A DNA stretch of 24,000 nucleotides from Phycisphaerae bacterium. GTDB taxonomy: Bacteria > Planctomycetota > Phycisphaerae > UBA1845 > Fen-1342. The stretch spans positions 11,757-35,756 of the forward strand of contig JASFQK010000009.1 of assembly GCA_050115495.1 (NCBI GenBank), read 5' to 3'. Of the stretch, positions 7,045 to 16,088 are shown one piece after another. The number at the start of each line of letters is the position of its first letter. Positions within the stretch are counted from its first letter, which is position 1. A model generated the notes under the pieces. That model worked only from the letters and a program-made list of their open reading frames with translations. It was not told the origin of the DNA and searched no databases. Position numbers and translations under genes: made by a program.

Positions 7045-9999
7045 TCAGTCTTCGCCGCGGAGCCGCTCGGCGAGGTCGGGGTACGTCCGGCCGAGCGCGT
7101 AGCGAATCGCACGAACGTCGTCGCGTTCGAGCCCGGCCCGCACCCCCTCGGCGAGCGTCGCCCGCACGGCGTCCACGTCCCCCCGCTCCGCCGCCAGCCA
7201 GCACCGCCAGTACCACGCCCCCACGTGCGCCGGCTCCAGCTTGAGCGCCGCATCGATCCACGGTTCGAGCGCCGGACGCTCCGCCGGCGGCATGCCGGCG
7301 AACAGGGCGACCAGACCGCCCGTGTACGCGTCGGCCAGGGCGCTCGAAATGTCCGCATCTTCGCCGACCAACGCCCGCAGGATGTCCGCCGCCTCCGTCT
7401 CGCGTCCCGCGGTCAGCAGGGCAACGACCAGCCGGCTGCGGAACGGCCGCAACAGCGCTTCGTACTTCTGCTCCTGAATGACCGGCAGCCGCTTGATCGC
7501 CAGCCGCAGCAGTTCGGCGGCCTCGTCCGCCCGTTCGTACGGCGCCTCGCGCAGTGTGAAGTCCGCCTCCTCGGCCAGGGCGAACGAATGCAGCGTCGGG
7601 AAACGTTGGCGCATCGGCTCGTACAGCAGGGCCGCCCGCGCCGCATACCGCCGCGCCTCCTCGTAGTTCCCCGCCGCCGCCTCGACGTACGCCTTCAGCC
7701 GATACACCTCCGGCGCGCCCGAGGCAATCAGACTATCCAGGTCCGTCTCCGGCGAAATCGGACCGGCGGCATTCAGAAAGTCGTCCAGCACATGGTTGAA
7801 ATCAGGTTCGTCGGCGTACTGGGCCAGCGCCGCCTGCCAATCCTGTGTCACCGGCGGCGAACGCAGCGCGTCACGCAGCAGGCTGATGCGGAAGCCGAGC
7901 TCCGCCGGGTAGTTCTCGTTCGTCAGAGCCAGCAGCGTCTCCACGTCGTACGGCCGCCAGCGCCGCTGCTTCAGCCACGCCTGCCCGGCACGCTGCGCCC
8001 ATTCCTGCGCTTCCGGCGCGTTCGCCAAGGTGAGCAGGTTGGCCAGCAGCTCGGCGGCGCTGGCCCCAATCGCCGCCGAATGCATGAGTGTGGGGGCGCG
8101 CTCGGCGAGCCGGGCCGCGGCACCGTAAGCGCGCTCGCACTGCTGGACCGCGGACCACCACAGCTTGCCCGATTCCTCGTCGGCGATGGACGTGGTCGGC
8201 TGCGACGTCTGGGCGGCGAGGACGCTCTGCCGCATCCCCAGTTCGTCGTACGTGGTCCGGGCCAGGGCCATCTGCGCGTACACCGACTCCCCGTCGTTGA
8301 TGATCTGCCGCACCGGATCGAGCAGGCTCGCCGACGCCGCGGAGTACTCGCCGACGGCTTCCACCAGCCGCCCCTCCTCGGAGTGCAGCCGGGCCCGCTC
8401 TTCGCGCAGCACGCCCGCCCAGTTCTGACTCGTCAGCGACATCCCCCCGATCGCACAAACCACGACAGCGATGCACGCCACCAACGGCCGCAACGCTCGA
8501 CCGCCGCCCAGCCGCCCCGGATCAGCCAGCAGGTCGGCCACACCCTGCCCCGCCGGCGGTCGCGACGCCGATCGCCCCGACGCCCAGATCACCCCCAACA
8601 GCGTATAGAACACCGCCGGCGTCCCGGATAGCCGCAGGCTCGGCGACACCATCGACTCGGTCATCATCGCCCCGAGTGCCCCCAGCAGCGCCAGGTCAAG
8701 CCAGCGCCGCTCCTGGCTGCGCCGTTGCCGCAGCAGCGCCGCGGCGGCCGCCAGCGATGCCAGCCATCCGCCAACGAACGTCACCCCGCCGACGAGGCCG
8801 ATCTCGGTCAGCACCTCCAGCAATTCGTTATGGCAGTGCTCGACCAGTTCGCCCATGAACGCTGCCGGATCGAGCGCCCGATCGCGAATCGACAACTGCC
8901 CCGCCAGCCGCGGATACGATCCGGCCCCCTGCCCGGCTATCGAGCTCAGCCAATCCTGTCCCCACAGCTCGGCGGCGTAGCGCCATGCGTACAGCCGGAA
9001 GCGGATCGTCGCCCCGCGGGCCATCGCCGTGTCCAGCCGCGAATACGTATTGAGCCACCACCCCGCCCCGCTGAGCCCGGCGAGCATGACGGCGATGATC
9101 GCCCAGCGCAGCCGGCGGCCGGCCCGCATCAGCAGCATCGCCCCGACGCCCACGCCGAGCCCGACCGTCGCCGCCCGCGAGTTCGTCAATCCAAAGCACC
9201 CCAGCAGCGGCACCAGCGCCACGACCGCCCCGATCGTCGGCCACAGCGGCCCGACGCCGCGGCGTAGCCACAGCCGCTCTGCCGTCGCGGCCAGCGTCGC
9301 CGCACAGACGAGGATGGCCGGCAGCAGCGCTGCCGCCAGCGTCGCCGGATTGCCCAGCGGGAAACCCGGCCGGTGATAGGGGTTGCGCTCGAAGTAGTAC
9401 CAGATGCACAACGCCCCGGCGAGCGCCGACACTACGACCAAGCCGGTTAGCAGCCGCGGCACATCCCGCCCGTCCAACGTCCACGCCAGCCCCAGGGCCC
9501 AGCCGAGCGCCAGCGCGTACAGCCCCGCCTGCCCGAACGAGCACGCCCGATCGCCCGACCACAGCGCACTCAGCGCCGACAATGCCACCCAACCTGCCAG
9601 CAGAACCTGTGCCGCGAACCACGGCCCCGCCAGCCGGCGCCGTTGCAGCACGCCGTCCCGGGCGAACCACAGCCGCCCCGCGAACAGCAGCAGCCCCAGC
9701 ACCGCCGCCAGGTGCAGCGCCAGGTCCTTGATCTCCGTGCCGCGAGCGGTCGAGGCCCGTCCACCAAACGATAGCAGGTCGGTCAGCGGCTTCAGCAGCG
9801 ACGTCGTGCGCCAGGGGATCGCTCCCGGGTACGTCTCGCCGCGCGGCGGACTCATGAGAAAGAACGTCGCCGCCAGCAGGGCCAGGGCCACGAGCAGGCT
9901 GGCCCGGGAGAACCGGCTGCGGAGCCGCTCGTCACGTACCAGCGGCGCGTCCGGCTGCGCCGGCGCGGGAGAGGCAGATTCAGTGTCGGACGTGGGCAA
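7045..9999 (-). CDS. O-antigen ligase/polymerase-like (Wzy_C) polytopic membrane protein fused to a ~460-aa C-terminal helical-repeat (TPR-like) domain
   Basis: 984-aa ORF with about 10-12 hydrophobic helices in the first ~520 aa. These contain LTNSRAATVG and the Wzy_C-type signature EHCHNELLEVLTEIGLVGG. The remainder is Ala/Leu/Arg/Glu-rich helical repeats. The start is a TTG at 9999, so the exact N-terminus is uncertain. Confidence 0.82.
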   Translation of the reverse strand: MPTSDTESASPAPAQPDAPLVRDERLRSRFSRASLLVALALLAATFFLMSPPRGETYPGAIPWRTTSLLKPLTDLLSFGGRASTARGTEIKDLALHLAAVLGLLLFAGRLWFARDGVLQRRRLAGPWFAAQVLLAGWVALSALSALWSGDRACSFGQAGLYALALGWALGLAWTLDGRDVPRLLTGLVVVSALAGALCIWYYFERNPYHRPGFPLGNPATLAAALLPAILVCAATLAATAERLWLRRGVGPLWPTIGAVVALVPLLGCFGLTNSRAATVGLGVGVGAMLLMRAGRRLRWAIIAVMLAGLSGAGWWLNTYSRLDTAMARGATIRFRLYAWRYAAELWGQDWLSSIAGQGAGSYPRLAGQLSIRDRALDPAAFMGELVEHCHNELLEVLTEIGLVGGVTFVGGWLASLAAAAALLRQRRSQERRWLDLALLGALGAMMTESMVSPSLRLSGTPAVFYTLLGVIWASGRSASRPPAGQGVADLLADPGRLGGGRALRPLVACIAVVVCAIGGMSLTSQNWAGVLREERARLHSEEGRLVEAVGEYSAASASLLDPVRQIINDGESVYAQMALARTTYDELGMRQSVLAAQTSQPTTSIADEESGKLWWSAVQQCERAYGAAARLAERAPTLMHSAAIGASAAELLANLLTLANAPEAQEWAQRAGQAWLKQRRWRPYDVETLLALTNENYPAELGFRISLLRDALRSPPVTQDWQAALAQYADEPDFNHVLDDFLNAAGPISPETDLDSLIASGAPEVYRLKAYVEAAAGNYEEARRYAARAALLYEPMRQRFPTLHSFALAEEADFTLREAPYERADEAAELLRLAIKRLPVIQEQKYEALLRPFRSRLVVALLTAGRETEAADILRALVGEDADISSALADAYTGGLVALFAGMPPAERPALEPWIDAALKLEPAHVGAWYWRCWLAAERGDVDAVRATLAEGVRAGLERDDVRAIRYALGRTYPDLAERLRGED

Positions 10000-10121
10000 T
10001 CAGCACCTCGGCGTCCGGCGTAACCCCCGACGGGGATAGGGCCGCACGGTGCCGTTTTGTGCAGCGCCGGCCCGTGGTTGTCAAATCCGGTCGAAGGCGC
10101 GACATGATGCCGGAGTTGCGC

Positions 10122-10150
10122 TTGTCGTTTGCGCTGCGGGCAGATATTCT
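10122..10150 (+). promoter_or_regulatory. candidate promoter for the murC-murB-ddl-ftsQ block
   Basis: TTGTCG (10122-10127)-N17-TATTCT (10145-10150), 33 nt upstream of the murC ATG, in the divergent intergenic region. Weak consensus match only. Confidence 0.25.
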
Positions 10151-10182
10151 GCGTGAGCCAGGGCTCACGAAGGCGCTCCACG

Positions 10183-11616
10183 ATGACTACGATCGAGATG
10201 TTGGCAGACGGGGTGCTTGTACTGCCGCGAGCACTCGACGCCCTGCGCGTCCACCTGATTGGAATTGGCGGCAGCGGTATGGCCGGATTGGCCGCGTTTC
10301 TGCTGCGCCGCGGTTCGAGCGTCAGCGGCTCGGATATGCAGCCCGGCGATGAGGTCCGCCGCCTCGCCGAAGCCGGTGTGCACGTCGCCGAGCCCGGCAC
10401 CGAGGCAATCCCGCCCGACGTAGATCTCGTCGTGCGCTCCGCCGCCGTGCCCGACACGCAGCCGGAAGTGGTCGAAGCCCGCCGCCGCGGCGTACCCGTG
10501 GTGAAATACGCCCAGGCGCTCGGGGCACTCATGTCCCACTGCGCCGGCGTGGCCATCAGCGGCACCCACGGCAAGAGCACGACCACCGGCTGGCTCAGCT
10601 ACGTCCTGCGCGAAGCCGGGCTCGACCCCAGCTTCGTCATCGGCGCCAGCGTTCCCCAGCTTGGCGGCGGCAGCGGCGCCGGCGACGGACCGCACTTCGT
10701 CGCCGAAGCCTGCGAGTACGATCGCTCGTTCCTCAACCTCCGGCCGCAACGCGCCGCCATCCTCAACATCGAGGAAGACCACCTCGACTGCTACCGCAAC
10801 CTGGCGGCGATCGAGGCCGCGTTCGCCGAGTTCGCCGCCCGCGTGCCGGCCGACGGTCTGCTGGTCACCAACGCGAATGACGCAAGCTGCCGCCGCGTCG
10901 CCGCTCACGCCACCTGCCGCGTCGAGACCTTCGGCTTCACCGATGCGGCAGACTGGTCGGCCAGCGAACTCGTCCCCGAGCGCGGCTGCTACGCCTTCAG
11001 CGTCTCGCACCGCACGAAGATGCTCGGCCGCATTTCCGTTGGTCTGCCTGGCCGGCACAACGTCGCCAACGCCCTCGCCGTTATGGCCCTGGCCACGGAC
11101 TGCGGCGCCCAGTGGGAGCAGATCGTGCCCGCCCTGGCCAGTTTCCGCGGCGTCCGCCGGCGGCTCGAGCTGCGCGGCAAGGCCCGCGGCGTGCGCGTAC
11201 TCGACGACTACGCCCACCATCCGACCGAAATCCGGGCCACCCTCGCCGCCGCCCGGCAGCGCTACGAGCCGCGCCAGCTCTGGTGCCTCTTCCAGCCGCA
11301 CCAGCACTCGCGAACGCGCTTCCTGCTGTCCGCCTTCGCCGAGAGCTTCGCCCAGGCCGACCACGTCGTCGTGCCCGACATCTACTTCGTCCGCGACAGC
11401 GAGCGGGAACGCGAAGCGGTCAGCGCCGAGGACCTCGTCGAACGCATCCGCGCCCGCGGCGACGACGCCGAGTTCCTCCCCTCCTTCGACAGCATCGTGA
11501 CCCGCGTCGTGGCGGCGGCACAGCCGGGCGACGTGGTCATCACCATGGGCGCCGGGAACATCTGGAAGGTCGCCGATGAGCTGCTTCGCCGGCTTCGAGA
11601 AGATCTGCCAGCCTGA
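10183..11616 (+). CDS. murC: UDP-N-acetylmuramate--L-alanine ligase
   Basis: Track ORF 10129-11616 trimmed to the ATG at 10183 (GAAGG ~10 nt upstream). N-terminal Rossmann motif HLIGIGGSGMAGLA, P-loop ISGTHGKSTTT, EACEYDRSF, NIEEDHLD, DDYAHHPTEI and C-terminal MGAGNI are all typical of MurC. Confidence 0.93.
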   Translation: MTTIEMLADGVLVLPRALDALRVHLIGIGGSGMAGLAAFLLRRGSSVSGSDMQPGDEVRRLAEAGVHVAEPGTEAIPPDVDLVVRSAAVPDTQPEVVEARRRGVPVVKYAQALGALMSHCAGVAISGTHGKSTTTGWLSYVLREAGLDPSFVIGASVPQLGGGSGAGDGPHFVAEACEYDRSFLNLRPQRAAILNIEEDHLDCYRNLAAIEAAFAEFAARVPADGLLVTNANDASCRRVAAHATCRVETFGFTDAADWSASELVPERGCYAFSVSHRTKMLGRISVGLPGRHNVANALAVMALATDCGAQWEQIVPALASFRGVRRRLELRGKARGVRVLDDYAHHPTEIRATLAAARQRYEPRQLWCLFQPHQHSRTRFLLSAFAESFAQADHVVVPDIYFVRDSEREREAVSAEDLVERIRARGDDAEFLPSFDSIVTRVVAAAQPGDVVITMGAGNIWKVADELLRRLREDLPA

Positions 11617-12460
11617 CGCCCCGCTGGCCCCGCTCACCTGGTATCGGCTGGGCGGACCGGCCCGCTGGCTGCTGAGCCCGCGCGACGAGGCGGAACTCGC
11701 CGCCGTGCTCGAACGCTGCCGCGCACATGGCGTCTCCTGGCGATTGCTCGGCCGCGGGGCGAACGTGCTCGTCCGTGACGAGGGCGTCGACGCCGCGGTG
11801 ATCCACCTGTGCGGCCCGACCTGGGAAGAGATCCGCTGGGAAGATCCGCTGGTGACGGCGGCGGCCGGCGTCGACTTCCCCCGCCTTCAGAAACAGAGCG
11901 TCGAACGCGGTCTCGGCGGCCTCGAAAACCTCGCCGGCATCCCCGGTACGCTCGGCGGCATCCTCCGCATGAACGCCGGCGGCCGATACGGGCAGATCAG
12001 CGACTACGTACGGCAGGTCCGCGTCATGGATGGCGATGGCCGCGTAACCACACGCACCGCCGGGGAGGCCGGCTTCGGCTATCGCCACTCGGCCCTGACC
12101 GGCGTGGTCATCCTCGGGGCGACGCTCGCCCTGCAACCCGGTTCACGCGAAGACCTGGTCGCCCGGTCGCAGGCCATTTGGAAGGAGAAGAGCACCTCGC
12201 AGGTCGCCCTTGGCGCGCGCTCCGCCGGCTGCATCTTCCGCAACCCGCCGAACGCCCCGCCCGCCGGACGCCTGCTGGACGAAGCCGGGCTGAAAGGCAC
12301 GCGCATCGGCGGCGCGGAGATCAGCCCGCGGCATGCGAATTTCATTGTCGCCCGGGAAGGCACCACCGCCCGGGACGTGCTAGAATTAATCATGCACGCG
12401 AAGGAACGCGTGCGGCAGAGCGTGGGAATCGAGCTCAAGCTCGAAATCGACATCTGGTAG
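11576..12460 (+). CDS. murB: UDP-N-acetylenolpyruvoylglucosamine reductase
   Basis: ATG at 11576 overlaps the murC 3' end by 41 nt. No other canonical start precedes the conserved LTWYRLGGPAR (FAD-binding) segment. GRGANVLV, GIPGTLGG, RMNAGG, GCIFRNP and HANFIV motifs are typical of MurB. Confidence 0.9.
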   Translation: MSCFAGFEKICQPDAPLAPLTWYRLGGPARWLLSPRDEAELAAVLERCRAHGVSWRLLGRGANVLVRDEGVDAAVIHLCGPTWEEIRWEDPLVTAAAGVDFPRLQKQSVERGLGGLENLAGIPGTLGGILRMNAGGRYGQISDYVRQVRVMDGDGRVTTRTAGEAGFGYRHSALTGVVILGATLALQPGSREDLVARSQAIWKEKSTSQVALGARSAGCIFRNPPNAPPAGRLLDEAGLKGTRIGGAEISPRHANFIVAREGTTARDVLELIMHAKERVRQSVGIELKLEIDIW

Positions 12461-12510
12461 CCGGCCCCGCGGCGAATGCCGCCGAGGCAGGCCCGCGTTC
12501 TGGTGAACGG

Positions 12511-13461
12511 ATGCACAAGACGCAAACCGTGAACAGTCCACACACGACCACTGAGCGGCGTTTACGCGTCACCGTCCTACGCGGCGGGCCCAGTCCCGAA
12601 CGCGACGTCAGCCTTGTTTCCGGCCAGGCTGTCGCCGACGCCCTCCGCCGACGCGGCCACGACGTCTTCGAGGCCGACATCCATCCCGACCACCTCGAAG
12701 CCCTGTCTCAGCCGGCGGACATGGTCTTTCCGGCGTTGCACGGCACGTTCGGCGAAGACGGCGTGCTTCAACACATCATGGAATCGCGCGGCATCCGCTT
12801 CGTCGGCTCGGGGGCGCAAGCCTCCGCCCTGGCCATGGACAAGGTCGCCTCCAAGCAGCGCGTTCTGGACATGGGCCTGCCAACGCCGGCCTACGAGGTC
12901 TGGACCACCGACGCCACGCCGGACAACCTCCCGAAACTCCCCCTGCCCCTGGTGGTCAAACCGGCCGACCAGGGCAGCAGCGTGGACACGTTCGTTGTCC
13001 GCGAGCCGGCTGAGCTGCCGCCGGCGATCACAACCGTCGTCCAGCACTTCGGCCGGGCTCTCGTCGAGCAGTACATCGCCGGCGACGAGCTCACCGTCGG
13101 CATCATCGGCGGCGAGGCCCTGCCGCCCATCTGTGTCCGCCCGCGGCGGGCCTTCTATGATTACACGGCGAAATACCAGGACGACGCCACCGAATACCTG
13201 TTCGACGCCGGCCACCCGGAGAGTCTGCTCACCCAGGCCCAGGAGTGGAGCCGGCGCGTGTTCGAGGGCTTCGGCTGCCGCCACCTCGGCCGTATCGACT
13301 GGATGGTCGACGCCGACGGCCGGCTGTGGTTCCTCGAGGTGAACACGATCCCAGGGTTCACGACGCACTCGCTCGTGCCCAAGGCGGCCGCACGCGTGGG
13401 CGTGAGCTTCGACGAACTGGTGGAACGGCTCGTGCGCATGGCCCTGGCGGAGACATCGTGA
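12511..13461 (+). CDS. ddl: D-alanine--D-alanine ligase
   Basis: The real gene is the 3' part of track ORF 11809-13461, starting at ATG 12511 (MHKTQ...). VTVLRGGPSPERDVSL, FPALHGTFGEDG, ALAMDKV, VVKPADQGSSV, IDWMVD and FLEVNTIPGFT are classic ATP-grasp Ddl motifs. Confidence 0.93.
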   Translation: MHKTQTVNSPHTTTERRLRVTVLRGGPSPERDVSLVSGQAVADALRRRGHDVFEADIHPDHLEALSQPADMVFPALHGTFGEDGVLQHIMESRGIRFVGSGAQASALAMDKVASKQRVLDMGLPTPAYEVWTTDATPDNLPKLPLPLVVKPADQGSSVDTFVVREPAELPPAITTVVQHFGRALVEQYIAGDELTVGIIGGEALPPICVRPRRAFYDYTAKYQDDATEYLFDAGHPESLLTQAQEWSRRVFEGFGCRHLGRIDWMVDADGRLWFLEVNTIPGFTTHSLVPKAAARVGVSFDELVERLVRMALAETS

Positions 13462-14411
13462 AGCGCACCAGCAAGAAACGAACGACGAAGGCGACGACGC
13501 GCCGGTCGCGCACGACCCGCGCCTCGACCCCCTCCCTGGCCATGACCATGTCGAAGGCCGCCGCCCGCCGGCTCGCCTTCGCCTCCCTCTGGCTCATCGC
13601 CCTCGCCGGCGCAGTCTACGGCCTGCACCGGCTCGAACCGTACGCCCTCGCCGCCAATACCAAGGGGCCCTGGACACTCAGTTGGATCAACCCGCCAGCG
13701 GACAGTGCCTGGATGCTCAAGGAGATCGAGGACGAGCGGCTCACCGCAACCTTCCGCCAAACCGACATCCACGACCCGAATCTTTGTGAGCGCATCAAGG
13801 ACGCCCTCGAGCAGTCCGCCTGGATCGAAAAGGTCGAACGCGTCGCGAAACGTTCCGACGGCGTTGTGAATGTGACAGCGGTGTTCCGCCGGTACGTGTC
13901 TTTTGTTGTAAAGGACGGAATGGGTTATCTGGTCGACGCCCAGGGCACGCGTCTACCGCGGCAGGTGCCGGCCTCGTCCCTCGGCGAATACGGGCTGCTG
14001 CTCATCGAGGGCGCAAGCGGGCCCGTTCCTTCCGTAGGCCAGGCATGGTCCTGTAAACCCTTCAGCAAGCGGTCATGGTCCGGTACCGATGTGCAGGCCG
14101 GCCTGGCACTGGTGACGTTCCTCAGGGAGAAGTGCCCACCGGAGCTGCTAGGCCTGCTCGTCGCCGTGGACGTGTCGAACTGCGATGACCGCCTGAACGG
14201 CCTGGACGGTTGGCTTTCCGTGCGCACGATATACCCCGGTATGTGGATTCGCTGGGGGCTGCCACCGGGTAAGGAATATGGTATAGAAGCTACCAGCAAT
14301 ACGAAGTTTGAGCATCTATGGTCGGCGTATCGCAACGGGAGCCAGTTCCACGAACGCTCCCTGATCGATGTGCGGCCCCGAAAGGGCATCATCGTTCCGA
14401 GCACACCGTAG
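13458..14411 (+). CDS. ftsQ: FtsQ-like bitopic cell-division protein (basic cytoplasmic tail, one TM, POTRA-like domain)
   Basis: GTG at 13458 overlaps the ddl stop as GTGA; an alternative ATG lies near 13542. Basic tail VKRTSKKRTTKATTRRSR, then TM LAFASLWLIALAGAVYGL. The periplasmic part ..IHDPNLCERIKDALEQSAWIEKVERVAKRSDGVVNVTAVFRRYVSFVVKDGMGYLVDAQGTRLP fits a POTRA/FtsQ pattern. Its position after ddl matches dcw synteny. Confidence 0.7.
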   Translation: MKRTSKKRTTKATTRRSRTTRASTPSLAMTMSKAAARRLAFASLWLIALAGAVYGLHRLEPYALAANTKGPWTLSWINPPADSAWMLKEIEDERLTATFRQTDIHDPNLCERIKDALEQSAWIEKVERVAKRSDGVVNVTAVFRRYVSFVVKDGMGYLVDAQGTRLPRQVPASSLGEYGLLLIEGASGPVPSVGQAWSCKPFSKRSWSGTDVQAGLALVTFLREKCPPELLGLLVAVDVSNCDDRLNGLDGWLSVRTIYPGMWIRWGLPPGKEYGIEATSNTKFEHLWSAYRNGSQFHERSLIDVRPRKGIIVPSTP

Positions 14412-14437
14412 GGCGCCGGCGCATGGGAGCGTGCACG

Positions 14438-15271
14438 ATGAATGATTACCTGAACATGTTCTTCGAGACCGCCAAGCAGCACATCCCCGAGTCCGCGGTG
14501 TGGATGCCGCAGGTCGGGACGGGCGTCCTGGCCCTCGTCGGCCTCATCCTGATGCTGCGCGGCGGCAAGCTGGCACCCTTCGTCGCCGCCTGTGCGTTTC
14601 TGGGGATCGGAGGACTCGGCGGGTGGTACGCCTCGGCGTGGATCGGCACCCCGTTGTGGCCTTCCGTCGCCGTCACCGGCCTGATCGGACTCGTGCTCGG
14701 ACTGCTGCTGTTTCGCGTGTGGCTCGGCCTGCTCACCGGGGCCTGCTTCATTGCCGCAGCACTCACCGTATACGGTGTGCGCGTGGTGGCGCCGTACATC
14801 GAGAACTACGCGTCGCAGGGCTATGACGCTCAGGCCGGCCTGATGGGCGTGAGCCTGGCCGACCCCGGCACGCTCGCCGCCTCGACCGGCACACGCGGCG
14901 CCGAGCTCGCCCACTTGTGGAGCTACCTCGTCAGCACCGTTCCGGCGTTCCAGACGAACTTCTGGGCGATTACGGCGTCGACGGGACTGGCCGGCCTGCT
15001 CGTCGGATTGCTGCTCCCGCGGCTGTCGCGAGCGCTCTTCGCGGCCACGGCAGGCACATTTTGCATGTTCCTGGCGCTGGTGATGGCGCTCAAGGTGATA
15101 TGGCCGTCGGCACTGGCCTGGCTGACGACGCTCGGGACGTGGTCCTGGGGCATCGTCGCCGCAGTCTGGCTGTTCTCCCTGCTGCACAACTTCTTCACGA
15201 TGCGTCGCCGTCACGTCCGGCGAAAGGCCGCGGAAGAAGAGGCCCCCGAGGGCGAACCGGCCACGGCGTAA
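14438..15271 (+). CDS. polytopic membrane protein (277 aa, ~7 TM), possibly DUF4203-like
   Basis: ATG at 14438 with GGGAG 8 nt upstream; an alternative ATG is at 14423. GC3-rich. Repeated Gly/Leu/Ala-rich hydrophobic helices, a ~55-aa soluble loop (ENYASQGYDAQ...AELAHLW), and a basic/acidic C-terminal tail. Lies 26 nt after ftsQ on the same strand. Confidence 0.7.
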   Translation: MNDYLNMFFETAKQHIPESAVWMPQVGTGVLALVGLILMLRGGKLAPFVAACAFLGIGGLGGWYASAWIGTPLWPSVAVTGLIGLVLGLLLFRVWLGLLTGACFIAAALTVYGVRVVAPYIENYASQGYDAQAGLMGVSLADPGTLAASTGTRGAELAHLWSYLVSTVPAFQTNFWAITASTGLAGLLVGLLLPRLSRALFAATAGTFCMFLALVMALKVIWPSALAWLTTLGTWSWGIVAAVWLFSLLHNFFTMRRRHVRRKAAEEEAPEGEPATA

Positions 15272-15373
15272 GGCTCAACGTCGTCCGATAAGCCACCAAC
15301 TTTCCAATCATCCCCCCTGCTCGATTCCACGATACATCCTCTGGCGCTGCGCGCGCTCGCCGGAGACACCACC

Positions 15374-15994
15374 TTGACCGACGTACAGCGAGAGTTGTTC
15401 TGTTGGGCGGCCAGCCAGCCGCCGTTGACGGGGGTCGTCGTGATGGCGGCCGGGGTGGTCTACGCCTTTTTCGGATTTCGCCTGTTCAGATTCCTGCTAG
15501 CCATCTCCTGTGGCGGGCTGGGATATCTGGCGGGAGCGATCGCGACGCAGTACGTCGACGTCCCCGAGTTGTACCTGTGTGCTGCGGGAGCGGTTTTGTT
15601 CTGCGTCATCGCCGCCAAGTGGGAACGCGTCGGCGTCGTCATTTCCGCCGCCGCCACCTGGGCCCTGCTGGGCGGTTACCTCAGCATGCAGCTCGGCATA
15701 CCGCGAACGGGCATCTGGATCACGATGGGGGTGACGGGCCTGCTTGGGATGCTGTTCGCCCTACTGTGTTATCGGACGACGACCGTCGTCCTCACCACTC
15801 TCCAGGGCGTCGTCATCATGATCGTCGGCTTCGTCACCGTGAGCACCAAGTTCCTGCCGGCCATCGGCACGACCTTCACCCGCTGGGCGAACTCGCAGTC
15901 GCTGCTGGTGCCGGTCTTCCTGATCATGCTGTTCGCGGCGGCATATTCATATCAAACGATGCATCAGCAAGGAGATATCCGAACAGGGCGTTAA
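15374..15994 (+). CDS. polytopic membrane protein (206 aa, ~6 TM), possible paralogue of the preceding gene
   Basis: TTG start with GGAGA 7 nt upstream. The protein is hydrophobic throughout. FFGFRLFRFLLAISCGGLGYLAG aligns ungapped with LRGGKLAPFVAACAFLGIGGLGG of the upstream protein (8 of 21 identical). Confidence 0.62.
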   Translation: MTDVQRELFCWAASQPPLTGVVVMAAGVVYAFFGFRLFRFLLAISCGGLGYLAGAIATQYVDVPELYLCAAGAVLFCVIAAKWERVGVVISAAATWALLGGYLSMQLGIPRTGIWITMGVTGLLGMLFALLCYRTTTVVLTTLQGVVIMIVGFVTVSTKFLPAIGTTFTRWANSQSLLVPVFLIMLFAAAYSYQTMHQQGDIRTGR

Positions 15995-16060
15995 AGGACG
16001 CCGGTGGGCGCCGGGGCGGCAGCACGCCGATATTGCGCTTGGGCACTCGGGAAGTCCGGG

Positions 16061-16088
16061 TTGACGTGTCGCTTGCTGCCGATAAACT
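16061..16088 (+). promoter_or_regulatory. candidate sigma70-type promoter for thrS-infC
   Basis: TTGACG (16061-16066)-N16-TAAACT (16083-16088). This would give a ~210-nt leader before the thrS ATG. Consensus match only. Confidence 0.3.

Noticed and set aside
10165-11637. 490-aa minus-strand ORF; similar antisense ORFs at 5848-7026 (+), 7225-8631 (+), 13925-15214 (-) and 12577-13368 (-)
   Set aside because: All lie antisense to genes with clear family motifs (murC, GH172, Wzy_C-like, ftsQ/membrane protein, ddl). All have Arg/Gly/His/Pro-dominated translations.
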